From assembly GCA_040954595.2 (NCBI GenBank), contig CM082590.2:5456001-5520000 (forward strand): DNA of 64,000 nucleotides, in the 5' to 3' direction. The position numbers and the translations under genes are program-made. The number at the start of each line of letters is the position of its first letter. The stretch's first letter is position 1. The notes beneath the pieces were generated by a model, which had not been told where the DNA came from, did no database searches, and was given only the letters and a program-made list of their open reading frames with translations. This stretch comes from Balanoglossus misakiensis (lineage: Eukaryota; Animalia; Hemichordata). Shown piece after piece: positions 38,681 to 54,633 of the stretch.

Positions 38681-41600
38681 ACACAACCACGGCAAACACA
38701 GAGGCCAAAATGTGACGAGAGAGTAGTCACAGACTCCCCAAAAATGTCGACAATTCGAATAAGAATTCGAAAACACAACCATGGCAAACACAGAGGCCAA
38801 AATGTGACGAGAGAGTAGTCACAGACACCCAAAAATGTGGACAATTCGAATAAGAATTCGAAAACACAACAACGGCAAACACAGAGGCCAAAATGTGACG
38901 AGAGAGTCGTCACAGACACCCAAAAATGTGGACAATTCGAATAAGAATTCGAAAACACAACCACGGCAAACACAGAGGCCAGAATGTGACGAGAGAGTAG
39001 TCACAGACACCCAAAAATGTCGACAATTCGAATAAGAATTCGAAAACACAACCACGGCAAACACAGAGGCCAGAATGTGACGAGAGAGTAGTCACAGACA
39101 CCCAAAAATGTGGACAATTCGAATAAGAATTCGAAAACACAACCACAGCAAACACAGAGGCCAGAATGTGACGAGAGAGTCGTCACAGACACCCAGAAAT
39201 GTCGACAATTCGAATAAGAATTCGAAAACACAACCACGGCAAACACAGAGGCCAGAATGTGATGAGAGAGTAGTCACAGACACCCAAAAATGTGGACAAT
39301 TCGAACAAGAATTCGAAAACACAACCACGGCAAACACAGAGGCCAGAATGTGACGAGAGAGTAGTCACAGACACCCAAAAATGTGGACAATTCGAACAAG
39401 AATTCGAAAACACAACCACGGCAAACACAGAGGCCACAATGTGACAAGAGAGTAGTCACAGACACCCAAAAATGTGGACAATTCGAATAAGAATTCGAAA
39501 ACACAACCACGGCAGACACAGAGGCCAGAATGTGATGAGAGAGTAGTCACAGACACCCAAAAATGTGGACAATTCGAACAAGAATTCGAAAACACAACCA
39601 CGGCAAACACAGAGGCCAGAATGTGACGAGAGAGTAGTCACAGACACCCAAAAATGTGGACAATTCGAACAAGAATTCGAAAACACAACCACAGCAAACA
39701 CAGAGGCCAGAATGTGACGAGAGAGTCGTCACAGACACCCAGAAATGTCGACAATTCGAATATGAATTCGAAAACACAACCGCGGCAAACACAGAGGCCA
39801 CAATGTGACGAGATGTAGTCACAGACACCCAAAAATGTCGACAATTCGAATAAGAATTCGAAAACACAACCACGGCAAACACAGAGGCCAAAATGTGACG
39901 AGAGAGTAGTCACAGACACCCAAAAATGTGGACAATTCGAATAAGAATTCGAAAACACAACCACGGCAAACACAGAGGCCAAAATGTGACGAGAGAGTAG
40001 TCACAGACACCCAAAAATGTGGACAATTAGAATAAGAATTCGAAAACACAACCACGGCAAACACAGAGGCCAGAATGTGACGAGAGAGTAGTCACAGACA
40101 CCCAGAAATGTCGACAATTCGAATAAGAATTCGAAAACACAACCACGGCAAACACAGAGGCCAGAATGCGACGAGAGAGTAGTCACAGACACCCAAAAAT
40201 GTGGACAATTCGAATAAGAATTCGAAAACACAACCACGGCAAACACAGAGGCCAGAATGTGACGAGAGAGTAGTCACAGACACCCAGAAATGTCGACAAT
40301 TCGAATATGAATTCGAAAACACAACCGCGGCAAACACAGAGGCCACAATGTGACGAGATGTAGTCACAGACACCCAAAAATGTCGACAATTCGAATAAGA
40401 ATTCGAAAACACAACCACGGCAAACACAGAGGCCAAAATGTGACGAGAGAGTAGTCACAGACACCCAGAAATGTCGACAATTCGAATAAGAATTCGAAAA
40501 CACAACCACGGCAGACACAGAGGCCAAAATGTGACGAGAGAGTAGTCACAGACACCCAAAAATGTGGACAATTAGAATAAGAATTCGAAAACACAACCAC
40601 GGCAAACACAGAGGCCAGAATGTGACGAGAGAGTAGTCACAGACACCCAGAAATGTCGACAATTCGAATAAGAATTCGAAAACACAACCACGGCAAACAC
40701 AGAGGCCAGAATGCGACGAGAGAGTAGTCACAGACACCCAAAAATGTCGACAATTCGAATAAGAATTCGAAAACACAACCACGGCAGACACAGAGGCCAA
40801 AATGCGACGAGAGAGTAGTCACAGACACCCAGAAATGTCGACAATTCGAATAAGAATTCGAAAACACAACCACGGCAGACACAGAGGCCAAAATGTGACG
40901 AGAGAGTAGTCACAGACACCCAGAAATGTCGACAATTCGAATATGAATTCGAAAACACAACCACGGCAAACACAGAGGCCAAAATGTGACGAGAGAGTAG
41001 TCACAGACACCCAGAAATGTCGACAATTCGAATAAGAATTGGAAAACACAACCACGGCAAACACAGAGGCCAAAATGTGACGAGAGAGTAGTCACAGACA
41101 CCCAGAAATGTCGACAATTCGAATAAGAATTGGAAAACACAACCACGGCAAACACAGAGGCCACAATGTGACGAGAGAGTAGTCACAGACACCCAGAAAT
41201 GTCGACAATTCGAATAAGAATTGGAAAACACAACCACGGCAAACACAGAGGCCAAAATGTGACGAGAGAGTAGTCACAGACACCCAGAAATGTCGACAAT
41301 TCGAATATGAATTGGAAAACACAACCACGGCAAACACAGAGGCCAAAATGTGACGAGAGAGTAGTCACAGACACCCAGAAATGTCGACAATTCGAATAAG
41401 AATTGGAAAACACAACCACGGCAAACACAGAGGCCACAATGTGACGAGAGAGTAGTCACAGACACCCAGAAATGTCGACAATTCGAATAAGAATTGGAAA
41501 ACACAACCACGGCAAACACAGAGGCCAAAATGTGACGAGAGAGTAGTCACAGACACCCAGAAATGTCGACAATTCGAATAAGAATTGGAAAACACAACCA

Positions 41601-44600
41601 CGGCAAACACAGAGGCCAAAATGTGACGAGAGAGTAGTCACAGACACCCAGAAATGTCGACAATTCGAATAAGAATTGGAAAACACAACCACGGCAAACA
41701 CAGAGGCCAAAATGTGACGAGAGAGTAGTCACAGACACCCAGAAATGTCGACAATTCGAATAAGAATTGGAAAACACAACCACGGCAAACACAGAGGCCA
41801 CAATGTGACGAGAGAGTAGTCACAGACACCCAGAAATGTCGACAATTCGAATAAGAATTGGAAAACACAACCACGGCAAACACAGAGGCCAAAATGTGAC
41901 GAGAGAGTAGTCACAGACACCCAGAAATGTCGACAATTCGAATATGAATTGGAAAACACAACCACGGCAAACACAGAGGCCAAAATGTGACGAGAGAGTA
42001 GTCACAGACACCCAGAAATGTCGACAATTCGAATAAGAATTGGAAAACACAACCACGGCAAACACAGAGGCCACAATGTGACGAGAGAGTAGTCACAGAC
42101 ACCCAGAAATGTCGACAATTCGAATAAGAATTGGAAAACACAACCACGGCAAACACAGAGGCCACAATGTGACGAGAGAGTAGTCACAGACACCCAGAAA
42201 TGTCGACAATTCGAATAAGAATTGGAAAACACAACCACGGCAAACACAGAGGCCAGAATGTGACGAGAGAGTAGTCACAGACACCCAGAAATGTCGACAA
42301 TTCGAATAAGAATTGGAAAACACAACCACGGCAAACACAGAGGCCAGAATGTGACGAGAGAGTAGTCACAGACACCCAAAAATGGTGACAATTCGAATAA
42401 GAATTCGAAAACACAACCACGGCAAACACAGAGGCCAAAATGTGACGAGAGAGTAGTCACAGACACCCAGAAATGTCGACAATTCGAATAAGAATTCGAA
42501 AACACAACCACGGCAAACACAGAGGCCAGAATGTGACGAGAGAGTAGTCACAGACACCCAGAAATGTCGACAATTCGAATATGAATTCGAAAACACAACC
42601 ACGGCAAACACAGAGGCCAAAATGTGATGAGATGTAGTCACAGACACCCAAAAATGTTGACAATTCGAATATGAATTCGAAAACACAACCACGGCAAACA
42701 CAGAGGCCAAAATGTGACGAGATGTAGTCACAGACACCCAAAAATGTTGACAATTCGAATATGAATTCGAAAACACAACCACGGCAAACACAGAGGCCAA
42801 AATGTGATGAGATGTAGTCACAGACACCCAAAAATGTTGACAATTCGAATATGAATTCGAAAACACAACCATGTGAAAACACAGAGGCCAGAATGTGACG
42901 AGATGTAGTCACAGACACCCAAAAATGTTGACAATTCGAATATGAATTCGAAAACACAACCACGGCAAACACAGAGGCCAAAATGTGACGAGAGAGTAGT
43001 CACAGACACCCAAAAATGTGGACAATTCGAATAAGAATTCGAAAACACAACCACGGCAAACACAGAGGCCAGAATGTGACAAGAGAGTAGTCACAGACAC
43101 CCAAAAATGTCGACAATTCGAATATGAATTCAAAAACACAACCATGTGAAAACACAGAGGCCAGAATGTGACGAGATGTAGTCACAGACACCCAAAAATG
43201 TTGACAATTCGAATATGAATTCGAAAACACAACCATGTGAAAACACAGAGGCCAGAATGTGACGAGATGTAGTCACAGACACCCAAAAATGTTGACAATT
43301 CGAATAAGAATTCGAAAACACAACCACGGCAAACACAGAGGCCACAATGTGACGAGAGAGTAGTCACAGACACCCAAAAATGTCGACAATTCGAATAAGA
43401 ATTCGAAAACACAACCACGGCAAACACAGAGGCCAGAATGTGACGAGAGAGTAGTCACAGACACCCAGAAATGTCGACAATTCGAATAAGAATTCGAAAA
43501 CACAACCACGGCAAACACAGAGGCCACAATGTGACGAGAGAGTAGTCACAGACACCCAAAAATGTCGACAATTCGAATAAGAATTCGAAAACACAACCAC
43601 GGCAAACACAGAGGCCAGAATGTGACGAGAGAGTAGTCACAGACACCCAAAAATGTCGACAATTCGAATAAGAATTCGAAAACACAACCACGGCAAACAC
43701 AGAGGCCACAATGTGATGAGAGAGTAGTCACAGACACCCAAAAAATGTCGACAATTCGAATAAGAATTCGAAAACACAACCACGGCAAACACAGAGGCCA
43801 CAATGTGACGAGATGTAGTCACAGACACCCAAAAATGTCGACAATTCGAATATGAATTCGAAAACACAACCACGGCAAACACAGAGGCCAGAATGTGACG
43901 AGAGAGTAGTCACAGACAACCAAAAATGTCGACAATTCGAATAAGAATTCGAAAACACAACCACGGCAAACACAGAGGCCAGAATGTGACGAGAGAGTAG
44001 TCACAGACACCCAAAAATGTCGACAATTCGAATAAGAATTCGAAAACACAACCACGGCAAACACAGAGGCCACAATGTGACGAGAGAGTAGTCACAGACA
44101 CCCAAAAATGTCGACAATTCGAATAAGAATTCGAAAACACAACCACGGCAAACACAGAGGCCACAATGTGATGAGAGAGTAGTCACAGACACCCAAAAAA
44201 TGTCGACAATTCGAATAAGAATTCGAAAACACAACCACGGCAAACACAGAGGCCACAATGTGACGAGATGTAGTCACAGACACCCAAAAATGTCGACAAT
44301 TCGAATATGAATTCGAAAACACAACCACGGCAAACACAGAGGCCAGAATGTGACGAGAGAGTAGTCACAGACAACCAAAAATGTCGATAATTCGAATAAG
44401 AATTCGAAAACACAACCACGGCAAACACAGAGGCCAGAATGTGACGAGAGAGTAGTCACAGACACCCAAAAATGTCGACAATTCGAATAAGAATTCGAAA
44501 ACACAACCACGGCAAACACAGAGGCCAGAATGTGACGAGAGAGTAGTCACAGACACCCAAAAATGTCGACAATTCGAATAAGAATTCGAAAACACAACCA

Positions 44601-47600
44601 CGGCAAACACAGAGGCCACAATGTGATGAGAGAGTAGTCACAGACACCCAAAAAATGTCGACAATTCGAATAAGAATTCGAAAACACAACCACGGCAAAC
44701 ACAGAGGCCACAATGTGACAAGAGAGTAGTCACAGACACCCAGAAATGTTGACAATTCGAATATGAATTCGAAAACACAACCACGGCAAACACAGAGGCC
44801 AGAATGTGACGAGAGAGTAGTCACAGACACCCAGAAATGTTGACAATTCGAATATGAATTCGAAAACACAACCACGGCAAACACAGAGGCCAAAATGTGA
44901 CGAGAGATTAGTCACAGACACCCAAAAATGTCGACAATTCGAATATGAATTCGAAAACACAACCACGGCAAACATAGAGGCCAAAATGTGACGAGAGATT
45001 AGTCACAGACACCCAGAAATGTTGACAATTCGAATATGAATTCGAAAACACAACCACGGCAAACACAGAGGCCAGAATGTGACGAGAGAGTAGTCACAGA
45101 CACCCAGAAATGTTGACAATTCGAATATGAATTCGAAAACACAACCACGGCAAACACAGAGGCCAGAATGTGACGAGAGAGTAGTCACAGACACCCAAAA
45201 ATGTGGACAATTCGAATATGAATTCGAAAACACAACCACGGCAAACACAGAAGCCAGAATGTGACGAGAGAGTAGTCACAGACACCCAAAAATGTGGACA
45301 ATTCGAATATGAATTCGAAAACACAACCACGGCAAACACAGAGGCCACAATGTGACGAGAGAGTAGTCACAGACACCCAAAAATGTGGACAATTCGAATA
45401 AGAATTCGAAAACACAACCACGGCAAACACAGAGGCCAGAATGTGACGAGAGAGTAGTCACAGACACCCAAAAATGTCGACAATTCGAATAAGAATTCGA
45501 AAACACAACCACGGCAAACACAGAGGCCAGAATGTGACGAGAGAGTAGTCACAGACACCCAAAAATGTCGACAATTCGAATAAGAATTCGAAAACACAAC
45601 CACGGCAAACACAGAGGCCACAATGTGACGAGAGAGTAGTCACAGACACCCAAAAATGTCGACAATTCGAATAAGAATTCGAAAACACAACCACGGCAAA
45701 CACAGAGGCCAAAATGTGACGAGAGAGTAGTCACAGACACCCAAAAATGTGGACAATTCGAATATGAATTCGAAAACACAACCACGGCAAACACAGAGGC
45801 CACAATGTGACGAGAGAGTAGTCACAGACACCCAAAAATGTGGACAATTCGAATATGAATTCGAAAACACAACCACGGCAAACACAGAGGCCACAATGTG
45901 ACGAGAGAGTAGTCACAGACACCCAAAAATGTGGACAATTCGAATATGAATTCGAAAACACAACCACGGCAAACACAGAGGCCAGAATGTGACGAGAGAG
46001 TAGTCACAGACACCCAAAAATGTCGACAATTCGAATATGAATTCGAAAACACAACCACGGCAAACACAGAGGCCAAAATGTGACGAGAGAGTAGTCACAG
46101 ACACCCAAATATGTCGACAATTCGAATAGGAATTCGAAAACACAACCACGGCAAACACAGAGGCCAGAATGTGACGAGAGTGTAGTCACAGGCACCCAAA
46201 AATGTCGACAATTCGAATAAGAATTCGAAAACACAACCACGGCAAACACAGAGGCCACAATGTGATGAGAGAGTAGTCACAGGCACCCAAAAATGTCGAC
46301 AATTCGAATAAGAATTCGAAAACACAACCACGCCAAACACAGAGGCCAGAATGTGACGAGAGAGTAGTCACAGACACCCAAATATGTCGACAATTCGAAT
46401 AGGAATTCGAAAACACAACCACGGCAAACACAGAGGCCAGAATGTGACGAGAGTGTAGTCACAGGCACCCAAAAATGTCGACAATTCGAATAAGAATTCG
46501 AAAACACAACCACGGCAAACACAGAGGCCACAATGTGATGAGAGAGTAGTCACAGGCACCCAAATATGTCGACAATTCGAATAAGAATTCGAAAACACAA
46601 CCACGGCAAACACAGAGGCCAGAATGTGACGAGAGAGTAGTCATGGACACCCAAATATGTTGACAATTCGAATAAGAATTCGAAAAGACAACCACGGCAA
46701 ACACAGAGGCCAGAATGTGACGAGAGAGTAGTCACAAACACCCAAAAATGTGGACAATTCGAATAGGAATTCGAAAACACAACCACGGCAAACACAGAGG
46801 CCACAATGTGACGAGAGAGTAGTCACAGACACCCAGAAATGCTGACAATTCGAATATGAATTCGAAAACACAACCACGGCAAACACAGAGGCCACAATGT
46901 GACGAGATAGTAGTCACAGACACCCAAAAATGTCGACAATTCGAATATGAATTCGAAAACACAACCACAGCAAACACAGAGGCCACAATGTGACGAGAGA
47001 GTAGTCACAGACACCCAAAAATGTGGACAATTCGAATAAGAATTCGAAAACACAACCACGGCAAACACAGAGGCCAGAATGTGACGAGAGAGTAGTCACA
47101 GACACCCAAAAATGTCGACAATTCGAATAAGAATTCGAAAACACAACCACGGCAAACGCAGAGGCCAAAATGTGACGAGAGAGTAGTCACAGACACCCCA
47201 AAATGTCGACAATTCGAATAAGAATTCGAAAACACAACCACGACAAACACAGAGGCCGGAATGTGACGAGAGAGTAGTCACAGACACCCAAAAATGTCGA
47301 CAATTCGAATAAGAATTCGAAAACACAACCACGGCAAACACAGAGGCCAAAATGTGACGAGAGAGTAGTCACAGACACCCCAAAATGAGGCCAGAATGTG
47401 ACGAGAGAGTAGTCACAGACACCCAAAAATGTCGACAATTCGAATAAGAATTCGAAAACACAACCACGGCAAACACAGAGGCCAGAATGTGACGAGAGAG
47501 TAGTCACAGACACCCCAAAATGTTGACAATTCGAATATGAATTCGAAAACACAACTACGGCAAACACAGAGGCCAGAATGTGACGAGAGAGTAGTCACAG

Positions 47601-49192
47601 ACACCCAAATATGTCGACAATTCGAATAGGAATTCGAAAACACAACCACGGCAAACACAGAGGCCAGAATGTGACGAGAGAGTAGTCACAGACACCCAAA
47701 AATGTCGACAATTCGAATAAGAATTCGAAAACACAACCACGACAAACACAGAGGCCAGAATGTGACGAGAGAGTAGTCACAGACACCCAACAATGTCGAC
47801 AATTCGAATAAGAATTCGAAAGCACAACCACGGCAAACACAGAGGCCAGAATGTGACGAGAGAGTAGTCACAGACACCCAACAATGTCGACAATTCGAAT
47901 AAGAATTCGAAAACACAACCACGGCAAACACAGAGGCCAGAATGTGACGAGAGAGTAGTCACAGACACCCAAAAATGCCGACAATTCGAATATGAATTCG
48001 AAAACACAACCATGGCAAACACAGAGGCCAGAATGTGACGAGAGAGTAGTCACAGACACCCAAATATGTCGACAATTCGAATAGGAATTCGAAAACACAA
48101 CCACGGCAAACACAGAGGCCAAAATGTGACGAGAGAGTAGTCACAGACACCCAAAAATGTCGACAATTCGAATATGAATTCGAAAACACAACCATGGCAA
48201 ACACAGAGGCCAGAATGTGACGAGAGAGTAGTCACAGACACCCAAATATGTCGACAATTCGAATAGGAATTCGAAAACACAACCACGGCAAACACAGAGG
48301 CCAGAATGTGACGAGAGTGTAGTCACAGGCACCCAAAAATGTCGACAATTCGAATAAGAATTCGAAAACACAACCACGGCAAACACAGAGGCCAGAATGT
48401 GACGAGAGAGTAGTCACAGACACCCAAATATGTCGACAATTCGAATAAGAATTCGAAAACACAACCACGGCAAACACAGAGGCCAGAATGTGACGAGAGA
48501 GTAGTCACAGACACCCAAATATGTTGACAATTCGAATAAGAATTCGAAAAGACAACCACGGCAAACACAGAGGCCAGAATGTGACGAGAGAGTAGTCACA
48601 AACACCCAAAAATGTGGACAATTCGAATAGGAATTCGAAAACACAACCACGGCAAACACAGAGGCCACAATGTGACGAGAGAGTAGTCACAGACACCCAG
48701 AAATGCTGACAATTCGAATATGAATTCGAAAACACAACCACGGCAAACACAGAGGCCACAATGTGACGAGAGAGTAGTCACTGACACCCAAAAATGTCGA
48801 CAATTCGAATATGAATTCGAAAACACAACCACAGCAAACACAGAGGCCACAATGTGACGAGAGAGTAGTCACAGACACCCAAAAATGTGGACAATTCGAA
48901 TAAGAATTCGAAAACACAACCACGACAAACACAGAGGCCAGAATGTGACGAGAGAGTAGTCACAGACACCCAAAAATGTCGACAATTCGAATATGAATTC
49001 GAAAACACAACCACGGCAAACACAGAGGCCAGAATGTGACGAGAGAGTAGTCACAGACACCCAAAAATGTGGACAATTCGAATAAGAATTCGAAAACACA
49101 ACCACGGCAAACACAGAGGCCACAATGTGACGAGATGTAGTCACAGACACCCAAAAATGTCGACAATTCGAATAAGAATTCGAAAACACAAC
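38681..49192. repeat. 91-bp satellite, about 115 units
   Basis: Same unit and flanks as 15508-16787; about 10.5 kb. Confidence 0.98.
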
Positions 49193-49232
49193 ACAGAGAG
49201 TACTCCGAGACATCCAAAAATTTTGAAAATAT

Positions 49233-49268
49233 TCATACATGCATACATACATACAGACAGACATACAT

Positions 49269-49311
<43 letters not shown>

Positions 49312-49422
49312 TACATACATCCATACATACATACATACATACATAGATACATACATACATACAAGACAGACAGACAGACATACATACATATATATATATA
49401 TATATACAATACATACATACAT

Positions 49423-49461
<39 letters not shown>

Positions 49462-49620
49462 GGTACATGCAAACATACAACGACACAAATAAATATATAA
49501 ATAAATGAATGAATGAACGAGTGAATGAATGAATAAATGAATGAATGAATGAATGAATGAATGCATGTATGTATGTAAGTATGTATGTATGAATGAATGG
49601 ATGGATGGATGAATGAATGT
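49233..49620. repeat. Compound microsatellite
   Basis: Paralogue of 16830-17225. Confidence 0.96.
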
Positions 49621-51004
49621 ACAATACTAGTAAATCATGCCTATATCCAGTACATTCTGGAAAAATGATCGTCCAAGTTTAGAGAGAGAGAGAGAGAGAG
49701 CCAGTCAAACAATTTTCAATGTTGGTCAACTGTTCATTGTCATATTTGCTTTCTGTATCAATACAGGACTAATGCTGTAAACCCTTTGTATTCTGTTTAC
49801 CATTCAGCTTTGATATCTTAACTTGACTTTTTCTTTATATGTGGGTGCAATTATGCTACAAAGCTAAACAGTAAACACCTGAAGGCTGCTGTACCCTGTG
49901 CAATTAACGTAAATTTACACTAAGTGCTTGCTACATGCAATGCTTATTGTGCCTATAGGATTCAACAACCTTCAGGTTATGCTGAATAAATCATGGTGAT
50001 AATTTAGCAGTGTTGGCAAACTGAAGTGTACAATTTAGTTTTAACCTACTTAAACCCTCTCTCTCTCTGACACAATGACAAAAAATGCTATCAGAATAAT
50101 ACATTTGTAATACAGATCATATAAATGAGGAAGGGATTGATCAATGTTCAATTTCGTCCTGTGGGAGAAGTTCTATTCTTGGAATGACGATGGAATCAAA
50201 GTCAGTAAAATAAAGTCATCCTGTCCTTGGAAGGAAACTTCTCTGCATCCGATTCACTGGGGCTTCTGCATTCATACATGTATCCTCTTCTTGCCTATGC
50301 ACAGAAAGACGACATAACACTCACCTTGTATTGATTGATTGATTACAGCAAATAAGAGACATTCAACATTCACACAGAAACGAAAATGTGCTCCTGTCAT
50401 ACACTGAACATGGGTTAAAAAGGGGCCCAGGATGTGACAACATCTGATCAGGTCACTTCTTGATCACAATGTAATATGGTGGTAGAACACACTTGGGCCC
50501 CACTTTTGTATTTTTGTCTGGCGTGACACTCCCTTAAAACTCTACCAAATGAAGATAAGCCCGCGTTAAAAGAGTGAATTGAAGTCCGCGAAACTACAAG
50601 TTAAAGAATCTGCTGTTTTTCATCAGGCAATGAACTGGTTGAATGCATATTGGAAGAGAAAGCAATAGGATGGATTGGACATCAGTTACAGTATTCCGAG
50701 TATGGCGTTGACTCCTCTCTCTGTACAGCGATTATGAATAAGTGGAAAGACCAGCTCTGGGCATAAATGCTATAAAATCAGACCCAGTTCATCATGCATT
50801 GCTGGATGAATATTTATCCCAACTGAAGCACACAGTATATACTGACCATGTGCACTTCCAGTGTTTTTATATAATATGGATGTGTATAGGAGCATTTCAG
50901 GGGGTGGGGGGGGGGTTTGCTATCAAGTAGGGCGGGGGGGGCTTGCTATCAAGTAAAATGAAGGAATGCATCGACTTTTATTATCAGTGGCCCGTAAGGT
51001 TAAT

Positions 51005-52310
51005 GCTATGTTACCTTTGAAGTGCTTGGCGGCTATACCGGTACAAGCATGCACAGATCTATGTTGATAGACATTACTCATCACAGGGACCAGTGACTGT
51101 TATCGGCAAAAATGAAAAATATGCCAATAAGTATTTCTGTGTCAAACAGCACGGCAAAATGTATCTATGGACAGAGATGATCTCCTGTCTTCATGAACAA
51201 TACAATACGTTGTACAGGGGCCTCCAAATGAGCAATTAAATTCTATGCTGTCATCTATGGGGTCTAGGAAATCTTTAAGAGAATAAGAATTATCTTATGT
51301 TACCCTCAGACACCAATTGGCTGCAATACAGGCATGTACACACATCCAGTTCGACAGATCAATGTTGATCACCAGAGAGAAACCATTATCTACAAAAATG
51401 GAAAATATGACAAAGTATTTTAGTGTAAAAAAATAAGGCAGTAAAGTGTAGGGATAATCTCCTGGATGGACAATACAATAAGTCACACACAGCCCTCCAA
51501 AAAGAGCAATTAAATTCTATGCTGTCATCCATGGCGTCTAGGAAATCTTAAAGAGAAAAAGAATAATCTTATATGTTACCCTCAGACACCAATTGGCTGC
51601 AATACAGGCATGTACACACATCCAGTTCGACAGATCAATGTTGATCACCAGAGAGAAACCATTATCTGCAAAAATGGAAAATATGACAAAGTATTTTAGT
51701 GTCAAAAAATAAGGCAGTAAAGTGTAAGGATAATCTCCTGGATGGACAATACAATAAGTCACACACTGCCCTCCAAAATGAGCAATTAAATTATATGCAT
51801 TCATCTATGGGGTCTAGGAAATCTTTAGGTGAAAAAGAATTATCTTATATGTTACCCTCAGACACCAATTGGCTGCAATACAGGCATGTACACACATCCA
51901 GTTCGACAGATCAATGTTGATCACCAGAGAGAAACCATTATCTACAAAAATGGAAAATATGACTAAGTATTTTAGTGTCAAAAAATCAGGCAGTAAAGTG
52001 TAGGGATAATCTCCTGGATGGACAATACAATAAGTCACACACGGCCCTCCAAAATGAGCAATTAAATTCTATGCTGTCATCTATGGGGTAAAGGAAATCT
52101 TAGAAGAACAATAATTATCTCAGGTTACCCTTGCAAACTACTGGACTGCTTTACAGGCTTGAATATACATCTAGTTTGGCAGATTTTGATCAACAGCTAG
52201 ATACCCCTTTCTGCAAAAAAATGGAAAATATGCCAATAAGTATTTCTGTGTCAAACAACATAATGGTAAAATATATCTATGGACAGAGATGATCTCCTGT
52301 CTTCATGAAT
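51005..52310. repeat. About 278-bp repeat, about 3 conserved units plus diverged flanks
   Basis: Paralogue of 18600-24045. Confidence 0.94.
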
Positions 52311-52342
52311 GTAATGTACTTCAATGGCTGGTTACTCAAATT

Positions 52343-53325
52343 TAATTTGCATACTCACACCATAGGAATCATGTTACCTTGGTTACCAACTTGGCATCTG
52401 GACAGGAGGATATTGGGCATCATGGAAATCTGAAACTAATGAGAAAATTTGTGTAAATAGACAATTATAACTGACTGCTATGAACTTCAACTTGGCTCCA
52501 ATCCATAATTATTTCTCGTTGGGTGCTCAGTTGTTTCTGGTTTCAAGGCGACTAGGGCAAAGTGTCCAGGAAATCACAAGAGACACGGAGATGTCACATG
52601 ACTGCAAGCCATGAGCCATTAATTTGCATACTCACACCACAGGAATCATGTTACCTGGTTACCAACTTGGCATCTGGACAGGAGGATATTGGGCATCATG
52701 GAAATCTGAAACTAATGAGAAAAAATTGTGTAAATAGACAATTATAACTGACTGCTATGAACTTCAACTTGGCTCCTATCCATAATTATTTCTCGTTGGG
52801 TGCTCAGTTGTTTCTGGTTTCAAGGCAACTAGGGCAAAGTGTTCAGGAAATCACATGAGACACGGAGATGTCACATGACTGCAAGCCATGAGACATTAAT
52901 TTGCATACTCACACCACAGGAATCATGTTACCTGGTTACCAACTTGGCATCTGGACAGGAGGATATTGGGCATCATGGAAATCTGAAACTAATGAGAAAA
53001 ATTGTGTAAATAGACAATTATAACTGACTGCTATGAACTTCAACTTGGCTCCAATCTATAATTATTTCTCGTTGGGTGCTCAGTTGTTTCTGGTTTCAAG
53101 GCAACTAGGGCAAAGTGTCCAGGAAATCACAAGAGACACGGAGATGTCACATGACTGCAAGCCATGAGCCATTAATTTGCATACTCACACCACAGGAATC
53201 ATGTTACCTGGTTACCAACTTGGCATCTGGACAGGAGGATATTGGGCATCATGGAAATCTGAAACTAATGAGAAAAATTGTGTAAATAGACAATTATAAC
53301 TAACTGCTATGAACTTCAACTTGGC
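52343..53325. repeat. About 258-bp repeat, about 4 units
   Basis: Paralogue of 24078-25336. Confidence 0.94.
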
Positions 53326-53934
53326 TGCTTACAATCCCCAACACCTGCAACAAATAATAAATAGTAAATATTAATTTATTATCATAGACTGGTTGAGTTT
53401 AATGTTACCTATGGTACACTTACATTGTATTTTCCCTTTTAATCTGGCGGGTAGTTAGCTATCTGATGTACATTAACCATTGTAAAACTCTAGGATCTGA
53501 TAAACTTATTTATTTATCCAATAGATTTACAAAATTTGAAAATATTTCTATTTCTATGGGAGAAACATGGACCGGTACTCAGTTAACTAATCATTATGGG
53601 GGACTAAAATTTCTACAAATTTAAAATTATTCCTGTAATTATCACCTGTCTATATATTATGTACATTGTAATTGCTAAACCAAACCATTCACTGGGTTTA
53701 GCTCCTTACTGGAAAATTGCCATTACAATTTATGCCCAGTTGTGGGTTTAAGAAAAATACTCAGTGATAAAAACTGCAAAATTATTAATGGAGTATTCAA
53801 AAGTTATTCCCTAAAATCATCAGACATAAGTACTAAATTATCACTTAAAGCTAAGCCTACTAATCAATACAAATTCAGCAGAATATTTAAGTTGCACGGC
53901 TGAGGGTTAATGAGAAAACAACACATTTCTTATT

Positions 53935-54105
53935 TATCATTATCATCATCATCATCATCATCATAATCATCATCACCATCATTGCCATCATCATCACCAT
54001 CATCACCATCACAACCGTCATCAACATCAGTACAACCATCAATGCCATCACCATAACAACTAGCAATAACAATTAACATCAAAACTGCCAACACCGTCAC
54101 CAACA
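53935..54105. repeat. (CAT/CAC)n microsatellite
   Basis: Paralogue of 25945-26165. Confidence 0.93.
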
Positions 54106-54633
54106 TTAACAGGAATAAAATCAAAATGTTGAATGACCCATGAAAATCAGAAACTGTCAACCAACAGCATTCTACAAAGTCACTTGTTTATTAATTAATC
54201 TAGCTGAGGTGATTGTATTATACTTTTAAATATTATATGTTTATTATTATCAGTTTGTAAATTTTTAAGTCTAAGAATATTATAATATTAAAATTTCAAA
54301 TGGCAATTTTTTTATACGCATAGCTGACATTATACACCAGTAATTCTGAATGTTCATTTACTAAATTACTGCAATTTCCAAAACAGCCATGTTATGTAAA
54401 TTATTTTCCAATTTTCAAACGAGTGCTAACTTCACTGATGAAAAGGGGGAATTTAGACAATGAGCTGTTGGTGAAACTGACTGGATGGTATTAAAACACA
54501 ATTAAATACAGATCTGGAACATAAATGTTATACAATGCAATGTTAAATCATATTATTTAATCTGGAAAGAAATCATGCATTTGAGACACATCAATTGTGA
54601 CCACAATTACCGGTTCAATGCAAACACTGTCTG

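Noticed and set aside
38681-49192. CRISPR-like array
   Set aside because: Whole monomers repeat with no unique spacers, no cas genes are present and the context is eukaryotic; the same applies to the other arrays
15493-49624. Numerous 60-250 aa ORFs in the 91-bp, 278-bp and microsatellite arrays
   Set aside because: Periods are not multiples of three, frames rotate each unit, and no domain is recognisable
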